A program made the position numbers and the translations under genes. A model generated the notes under the pieces. That model was given only the letters and a program-made list of their open reading frames with translations, ran no database searches and was not told the DNA's origin. Source: a virus (Duplodnaviria > Caudoviricetes). From it: a stretch of DNA of 64,000 nt. The DNA lies in IMG/VR virus record IMGVR_UViG_3300031993_000010, positions 1 to 64,000 of that record. The stretch is one strand, 5' to 3'. Shown in pieces: positions 58,964 to 64,000 of this stretch (position 1 is the first letter of the stretch; the number at the start of each line of letters is the position of its first letter).

Positions 58964-59881
58964 ATGATTAAAGAAGGTAAATACACACTCAGCGAATTGA
59001 GAGTTGCCATTAAGGAAAGCACCAAAGACGAATTCAAACCAAAGTTCGGTGACAAGGTGGAAAGTGACAACGAGAAGAACAACAAAGAGGCTGTAAAGGA
59101 TATTACCAAAGAAGTTGAAAAATACAACCCTGACGGTATTAGACCCGAGATAGCATTGCCCGTTGACAGAAACAAGACCACTCTTGACCTTAAGTTCAAT
59201 GAAATGGAACCTGGTAAAGAATGGCGTGACCGTGTCGAGGCACAGGTGCACGGTTTCCCGTCTGTAGAGAACGAGAAATCAAGCGACGCTAAGGAAAACG
59301 GTGGACTTGACTATGAGGGTAACAAAAAGTTCTTCGACCATCGTGAGGAAATGGCAAAGGAACGTCAGAAAGCAACACAGGACAGCAAAGACGCAGGTCT
59401 TAGTGGCCGTGAGTTAAAACCATACAACACTGAACCCGGTTCATTGTTTGAAGGGAAGAAATGGAGAAACGAGAAAGAACGCAGAAGTATGATGTCCAGT
59501 GGTGTGATTAATGAGGATAGTAAATCCAACACAATGAAGCGACTCAACTTCAAGTTGAAGGTTTTCTTGAATGAAAACGAAATCAAGAGTTACATTCCCG
59601 AATCATATAAAACCGACGGCAACAAGTTCTATGTCAAGGATGCAAGTGGCACACAATATATGGTGGAGTGTGTCAGGGATAAACAGTTTGGCTTCATGAC
59701 TGTGAATATTGTCAACAGACTGAATGAGGACAAGGAGAAGGCGCAGATTGAAAGAATGAAGAGTCTTTTCAACTACAATAGTTCAGACTATTTCGGTGCG
59801 TCTGACAAGGGTGGCAACAATGTCGAACGTTTGCACGAAGGCATTGAAAAAATCAGGGGTATAGAAAAAACCAACAAATAA
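58964..59881 (+). CDS. charged hypothetical protein, candidate head-internal/core protein
   Basis: IKE, LSE, IKES, LFE and INE motifs. Confidence 0.65.
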   Translation: MIKEGKYTLSELRVAIKESTKDEFKPKFGDKVESDNEKNNKEAVKDITKEVEKYNPDGIRPEIALPVDRNKTTLDLKFNEMEPGKEWRDRVEAQVHGFPSVENEKSSDAKENGGLDYEGNKKFFDHREEMAKERQKATQDSKDAGLSGRELKPYNTEPGSLFEGKKWRNEKERRSMMSSGVINEDSKSNTMKRLNFKLKVFLNENEIKSYIPESYKTDGNKFYVKDASGTQYMVECVRDKQFGFMTVNIVNRLNEDKEKAQIERMKSLFNYNSSDYFGASDKGGNNVERLHEGIEKIRGIEKTNK

Positions 59882-59882
59882 A

Positions 59883-60596
59883 ATGGCAAAGAAACGTGAA
59901 ACATCACAGGATGAGAATTTCACAATTCTCACAAAAATGCTTAACCTTATACAGAAGCATGGCGTGTGGAACATAATCAAGGCACTGTTGCTATTGGTGA
60001 CGTTTGCAGTAGTGATGTATTCAGTCACTCATATAGATGATTTGGTACAGAAGGCATTCAAAGAACAGACCGAGGAAGCAGCATCAAAACACAATGCTGT
60101 TATGCAGCACAGGTCGAATATCAAACCAAAGATTGACCTGTTGCTTAAGGAGACCCTGAACGAGTTGAACGCCGACCGTGTATTTGTCATCGAGATGCAC
60201 AATGGAACCAACAACCTTTCAGGATTACCCTTTGTATATTGCGAAATGACTTATGAGGTATGCCGTCCTGGTGTTGACAGGGTTGATGACGAATACGGTG
60301 CGGTTGTTCTTTCAAGGTACACATTGCCTTATTACATGTCAGAACACAGGTATTTTGTCGGCAGCGTCGATACCCTTGAAAAAACGGATTCCAAACTTGC
60401 CCATAGAATGAAGGCTAACGGAAGCGCTTACTTGTGTGTAACTAACATGTATGGCGTGAACAACTATCTCGGGTATGTCGGCATAGGATTTGCTGAAGGC
60501 AGCGAAACACCTGCAGACGAACAACTGATAGACGCTGTGTATAAACTTTCGCAAAAAATATCAACATTACTTGATGTGGATGTGATAGAGCAATAA
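59883..60596 (+). CDS. putative holin, T4 T-like (single TM + GAF-like domain)
   Basis: TM segment then ELNADRVFVIEMHNG..NLSGLPF....MTYE...YLGYVGI. Confidence 0.65.
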   Translation: MAKKRETSQDENFTILTKMLNLIQKHGVWNIIKALLLLVTFAVVMYSVTHIDDLVQKAFKEQTEEAASKHNAVMQHRSNIKPKIDLLLKETLNELNADRVFVIEMHNGTNNLSGLPFVYCEMTYEVCRPGVDRVDDEYGAVVLSRYTLPYYMSEHRYFVGSVDTLEKTDSKLAHRMKANGSAYLCVTNMYGVNNYLGYVGIGFAEGSETPADEQLIDAVYKLSQKISTLLDVDVIEQ

Positions 60597-60619
60597 CCAA
60601 GTTAAGCAACGGTCGTGAT

Positions 60620-60865
60620 ATGAAGGATTCCAAAAAGATTAGGGTAATAATAGAAGTGGCGCAATGGCTTCTGATAATCGGATTGTTGACGGCATATCTA
60701 TCCATTTTTTTCAAGTTCAAGAACTACACTAACGATAGTGTCAATATGGACAAGTATAACACGATACACCGTGACAGGAAAATAGACGAATTACAGCAGC
60801 GCAACCAAATGTTGGAGGATTCCATAAAAGTGCTGAACAATGAAGATGTTACAAAGGAGTTGTAG
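60620..60865 (+). CDS. single-TM coiled-coil protein (spanin/lysis accessory candidate)
   Basis: N-terminal TM, C-terminal heptads; adjacent to the holin candidate. Confidence 0.5.
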   Translation: MKDSKKIRVIIEVAQWLLIIGLLTAYLSIFFKFKNYTNDSVNMDKYNTIHRDRKIDELQQRNQMLEDSIKVLNNEDVTKEL

Positions 60866-60893
60866 CCAAAAAATAGAATTTTTTAATTTTTGT

Positions 60894-60925
60894 AGCCGAT
60901 TAACGTTGTTTTAATCGGCTTTTTT
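60894..60925 (+). terminator. rho-independent terminator
   Basis: agccgatta...taatcggct-ttttt. Confidence 0.8.
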
Positions 60926-60951
60926 CTTTATATTCTAATAAAGATAAAACG

Positions 60952-61131
60952 ATGTCACAAATTCTAACATTTTTCCTGATAATGTCCATCCTTTGGCTTT
61001 GCAAGGAAACTTTCGGTATAGTCAAATGGTTTCTATCCAAAGATGAGGAGTACAAACAATCTTGGGTCAAGACACTTTTGTCGTTCGCTTCCATTTCGTA
61101 CATAATAACGATAATAATATTCGGTGTCTGA
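60952..61131 (+). CDS. 59-aa two-TM membrane protein (absent from ORF track)
   Basis: MSQILTFFLIMSILWLCKETFGIVKWFLSKDEEYKQSWVKTLLSFASISYIITIIIFGV; fills the gap and abuts the next ATG at 61133. Confidence 0.7.
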   Translation: MSQILTFFLIMSILWLCKETFGIVKWFLSKDEEYKQSWVKTLLSFASISYIITIIIFGV

Positions 61132-61132
61132 T

Positions 61133-61702
61133 ATGATAAGTTTTGAGAAAAGAATGCTTGAATATGCCAAGTACGGTATTTCAATGAGAACCACAAGTGA
61201 TGCAAGCGGTGTTGAATACTATGTTGTCACAATAGCCTTCAGCCCCAAATGGGATGTTGTGGAGTCTCAGGATGAAAAGGTGCGTTGTGTCAGTCAATCC
61301 AACAATGGTGAATATGTATATTTCACGGAGGTGACCAACGGTCTTGAGTGTATATTCAGTTCAATTGAAGAGACAATAGAATATAATGAAGATGTTGAGA
61401 AGAAGATTCAACTCCTGAGAGAAAAAATCGGTGAATTACAGGAACTTTTCGCAAATGAAACTTATGAAAAACTTCAGTACCTGACATTTGCCATAAGTGA
61501 ACCAACAAAAAAGAGAGGAAGAAAACCCCAATCGAAGAACGAGCCGGTAGAACCTAAAGACGAAGAAAAGAAAGAGGAGGAATTGCAGTCTCAGGAAGAA
61601 CAGAAAGAAAATACCACAACGGGCGAAAACAAAGAGGAAGCCAATGACATTGACGCCAAGATAGCGGCTGCCATGAAGAACAATAAAAGAGGCAAGAAAT
61701 GA
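61133..61702 (+). CDS. hypothetical protein
   Basis: ATG 61133; coiled coil and charged tail. Confidence 0.7.
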   Translation: MISFEKRMLEYAKYGISMRTTSDASGVEYYVVTIAFSPKWDVVESQDEKVRCVSQSNNGEYVYFTEVTNGLECIFSSIEETIEYNEDVEKKIQLLREKIGELQELFANETYEKLQYLTFAISEPTKKRGRKPQSKNEPVEPKDEEKKEEELQSQEEQKENTTTGENKEEANDIDAKIAAAMKNNKRGKK

Positions 61703-61986
61703 AAGACACAGAAGACTACACCATACAGGTTGTTTCACCAAACGTGGTGATTCTGGTGGGCGGATTGCATACACAAACACCTAACTCATATATGAAGAAG
61801 GTGGTGAGGAAAATTACCAAGATGGTTGGTACTGACAGATATACCGAGTATATTGACAGCCATTTGGACAATCCGTGGGTTAGAGTGCTTGTTTTTGACA
61901 TAGACTCCTTGCCATTTGATGATAGTTTAGAAAGTATAAAAGAAAAAATAAAAATAAAGAATACCGAAGATGATGATTGCGCTTAA
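61699..61986 (+). CDS. hypothetical protein
   Basis: ATGA overlap with the previous gene. Confidence 0.65.
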   Translation: MKDTEDYTIQVVSPNVVILVGGLHTQTPNSYMKKVVRKITKMVGTDRYTEYIDSHLDNPWVRVLVFDIDSLPFDDSLESIKEKIKIKNTEDDDCA

Positions 61987-62380
61987 GATATTTGCTTACA
62001 TATTCTTTGCGTATGGGCTAACCAACATTGTGGTGTTTGGCAGGGGACCATTTGGAATATGTGATTTGATAAGAAATTTGGCTGACAGGATTTCCGACGG
62101 CTTGGGTAAACTGTTCCATTGTCCAATGTGTTTTTCGACGTGGGTTGGGGCAGGTACATCACTGTTGGATTTGCTTTTCATCAAGAACTTTGCATTCACA
62201 CCCTTCAATCTCGTATTCTCGTGTATGGGTGGTTTTTGGATTGGGTTGCTGACAGTATTGATGGACGCCTTCCTTACATCAGGTATAGTGTGGATTCTTC
62301 ATCAGTTTGAGGAGGCACTTGAAAGACATGGATATATGACAGAAACAGAAGAGGAGATAATAGACGATGAGCAAGAATAG
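61970..62380 (+). CDS. DUF1360-like membrane protein
   Basis: Hydrophobic helices with LFHCPMCFSTWVG. Confidence 0.6.
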   Translation: MMIALKIFAYIFFAYGLTNIVVFGRGPFGICDLIRNLADRISDGLGKLFHCPMCFSTWVGAGTSLLDLLFIKNFAFTPFNLVFSCMGGFWIGLLTVLMDAFLTSGIVWILHQFEEALERHGYMTETEEEIIDDEQE

Positions 62381-62606
62381 ATTAGAGAACGAAATAGAGA
62401 AAAGTAAGGTTGAGAAAACTGCAATCGAGGCGCAGACTGAAATGAACCGTGACAAATACGCCGCATTCGTCAATGATAATTTGCATTATATCATTAACAC
62501 TACCAATGTCATGTCAAAAAGGTATAAACTTCCCTCAAGTATAAGGCGTAAGAAAAACTGTACCAAGTTTTTAATAAAATTAAAAAAGTTTTTAGGGTTA
62601 TCATGA
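62367..62606 (+). CDS. hypothetical protein
   Basis: Overlapping operon member. Confidence 0.55.
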   Translation: MSKNRLENEIEKSKVEKTAIEAQTEMNRDKYAAFVNDNLHYIINTTNVMSKRYKLPSSIRRKKNCTKFLIKLKKFLGLS

Positions 62607-62854
62607 CATATAAAGACATATTCAAGATTGCCGAGAGTATTGAAAAAACAATACCCGAGATTGCAAAAGATAACAACGGTGTTGATGTACGCCAAAAATT
62701 GACTATGGTTATCAGTGTGTCAAGGGATGAGATTGATGACATTAATGAAAGCATGTACCTTATGGAACATCGGGATTTGCGTGGTATTGAATACACCGAC
62801 GAAATCGACATAAATGTCTATGGAATGCTTTTCAAGGTTGTGTTCAATGGTTAG
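62603..62854 (+). CDS. hypothetical protein
   Basis: ATGA overlap; 83 aa. Confidence 0.6.
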   Translation: MTYKDIFKIAESIEKTIPEIAKDNNGVDVRQKLTMVISVSRDEIDDINESMYLMEHRDLRGIEYTDEIDINVYGMLFKVVFNG

Positions 62855-63840
62855 ATGTTTTCGTCACGGCTGATTTTAATGTCAGACCAACCTGTCTTTT
62901 CCTTTAGTTTCTCTCTCCATTTATCACACAGATTTGGATTAAGAACACCTGTGAAGAAAAGGTATTTTGACGAAGAAAACATATCAAAGAGTGTGTTGTA
63001 CAGCAAGGATGATTCCCTGCTGTTTTTGCATTGAACAAAATCGAAGTCAAAGTCGTTTTCTATTATAAGGTATTGGTTCCATATAAAGATTTGCTTGGTG
63101 TTTTCACGGGACAAATCTTTAAGTATTATGTTGTCAATCAGCCACGGACAGGTTTTCTTGTCATATACAGGATGATAGCCGTATACAACAATGTCTTTTT
63201 CTACTCTCCACGGATGTCGTTCCAATATGATTTGACTCGGGTTGTCGGTGACAGTGGTAATGACCGTGCCGTCATCTCTTTTGAAAACCGATTCGTTGCT
63301 TTCAACGGTAGGGTCTATGGTTTTTACCAGAATAATCTCATATTCCACATCGGCAAGGGTGTCGTTCTTTCCGCTTCTGAACATAACGGGAAAAACAATC
63401 TTCTTGTTTTCCTCTATCAATTCGTGATAGCGTTTGTAGGCGCTGCTCATCCACAGGAACCGACCTTTGTTAAGTTTTCTTTTTTTGTTGCGGACAACCA
63501 TTATCTTGTACTCACCCTTAACGTCGCCGTTCTTCTCTCTTTCCCGTTCCCTCGGTGTTTTGGTTCTCATGACATAATCATAATGCCATTTTCCCTTCAT
63601 CTGTCTGTTTTTCCTCTTTCTGCGAAGCCTGGTCTGCCTCCGTTTTTCCGTGGCAGCCGCCATCAGTTGACGGCGCCTCTCCTTCATTTTATCCCTCTTT
63701 TCGGATTTCCGTTCAAATTCCGCTTGTTTTTGTGCATCAGTCTTCTTTTTCCTTTTGGGTTTGGGATTGTCAGACTTCCTACGCGCCACCATCCTTTGGT
63801 AACGCCTGATTAACCGTTTGACATATTTTTTATCCGACAT
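62851..63840 (-). CDS. hypothetical protein with very Arg/Lys-rich N-terminal third
   Basis: 329-aa ORF; TATATTTAT on the minus strand at 63868-63876. Confidence 0.7.
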   Translation of the reverse strand: MSDKKYVKRLIRRYQRMVARRKSDNPKPKRKKKTDAQKQAEFERKSEKRDKMKERRRQLMAAATEKRRQTRLRRKRKNRQMKGKWHYDYVMRTKTPREREREKNGDVKGEYKIMVVRNKKRKLNKGRFLWMSSAYKRYHELIEENKKIVFPVMFRSGKNDTLADVEYEIILVKTIDPTVESNESVFKRDDGTVITTVTDNPSQIILERHPWRVEKDIVVYGYHPVYDKKTCPWLIDNIILKDLSRENTKQIFIWNQYLIIENDFDFDFVQCKNSRESSLLYNTLFDMFSSSKYLFFTGVLNPNLCDKWREKLKEKTGWSDIKISRDENI

Positions 63841-63867
63841 TTTTTAGCGAAAAAGAAGATTATTCAA

Positions 63868-63885
63868 ATAAATATAGTATATTTG
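63868..63885. promoter_or_regulatory. back-to-back divergent promoters (minus TATATTTAT, plus TATATTTG)
   Basis: ATAAATATAGTATATTTG between divergent genes. Confidence 0.6.
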
Positions 63886-63924
63886 CATTGTTAAAACAAT
63901 TTTTTCTATAAAACAAATAATACT

Positions 63925-64000
63925 ATGGCTAAGTTAGAGCAAGCGTCTGAAGACGTAATCAAATTCATCGAAGACATCATTGTCGAAGGTGACTACGACG
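63925..64000 (+). CDS. hypothetical protein, 3'-truncated by window
   Basis: MAKLEQASEDVIKFIEDIIVEGDYD..., open to the window end. Confidence 0.55.
   Translation, partial: MAKLEQASEDVIKFIEDIIVEGDYD

Noticed and set aside
63031-63813. 260-aa plus-strand ORF and other long antisense ORFs (e.g. 3904-4581, 29714-30385)
   Set aside because: Shadow ORFs opposite well-supported genes; composition mirrors the sense-strand codon bias.
1-64000. Genome-wide TAG or TGA recoding as in Lak or some crAss-like phages
   Set aside because: ORFs of 2000+ aa are intact in the standard code, and TAG and TGA end genes at sensible places (e.g. 50592, 60865, 7818).
1-64000. CRISPR array, tRNA, rRNA or diversity-generating retroelement
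   Set aside because: Intergenic gaps are short and explained by promoters and terminators; no regular repeat-spacer pattern, cloverleaf, reverse transcriptase or TR/VR pair was seen by eye.

Overview
A gene-dense, AT-rich 64-kb segment of a large (probably jumbo) T4-like myovirus read in the standard genetic code. Almost all genes are on the + strand; only 47094-47921 and 62851-63840 are on the - strand. The host is most likely Bacteroidota, judged from TAnnTTTG -7 promoter elements, A-rich leaders without Shine-Dalgarno motifs, a Bacteroidota-type sigma70 homologue, an Hc1-like protein and InlB-B/T9SS-CTD-like domains. The window holds: (i) virion-associated peptidoglycan hydrolases (M15 peptidase tail, tail lysozyme); (ii) a replication/recombination block (gp32-like SSB, thymidine kinase, RecA/UvsX, 5'-3' exonuclease, DnaB-like helicase, class II RNR, HNH endonuclease); (iii) a ~30-kb baseplate/tail block (gp25-like, gp6/J-like and very large Cys/Tyr-rich proteins with adhesin-like repeats); (iv) SbcD, RuvC-like resolvase, primase, SbcC and a sigma factor; (v) candidate head-internal proteins and a lysis/membrane cluster. 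The most notable candidate system is a set of genes, mostly downstream of a TATTTAT motif, whose products carry recurring (L/I)-x-E / 'LTESxL..I.E' linkers resembling prohead-protease sites. It includes a 1020-aa polyprotein (NUDIX plus two ADP-ribosyltransferase-like domains), an ART-like gene broken by two mutually compensating poly-A slips, and an HExxH protein. Together these suggest a packaged, proteolytically released NAD/ADP-ribose effector set. All calls rest on motif recognition by eye; no searches were run. No tRNA, rRNA, CRISPR array, terminase or major capsid gene was seen.
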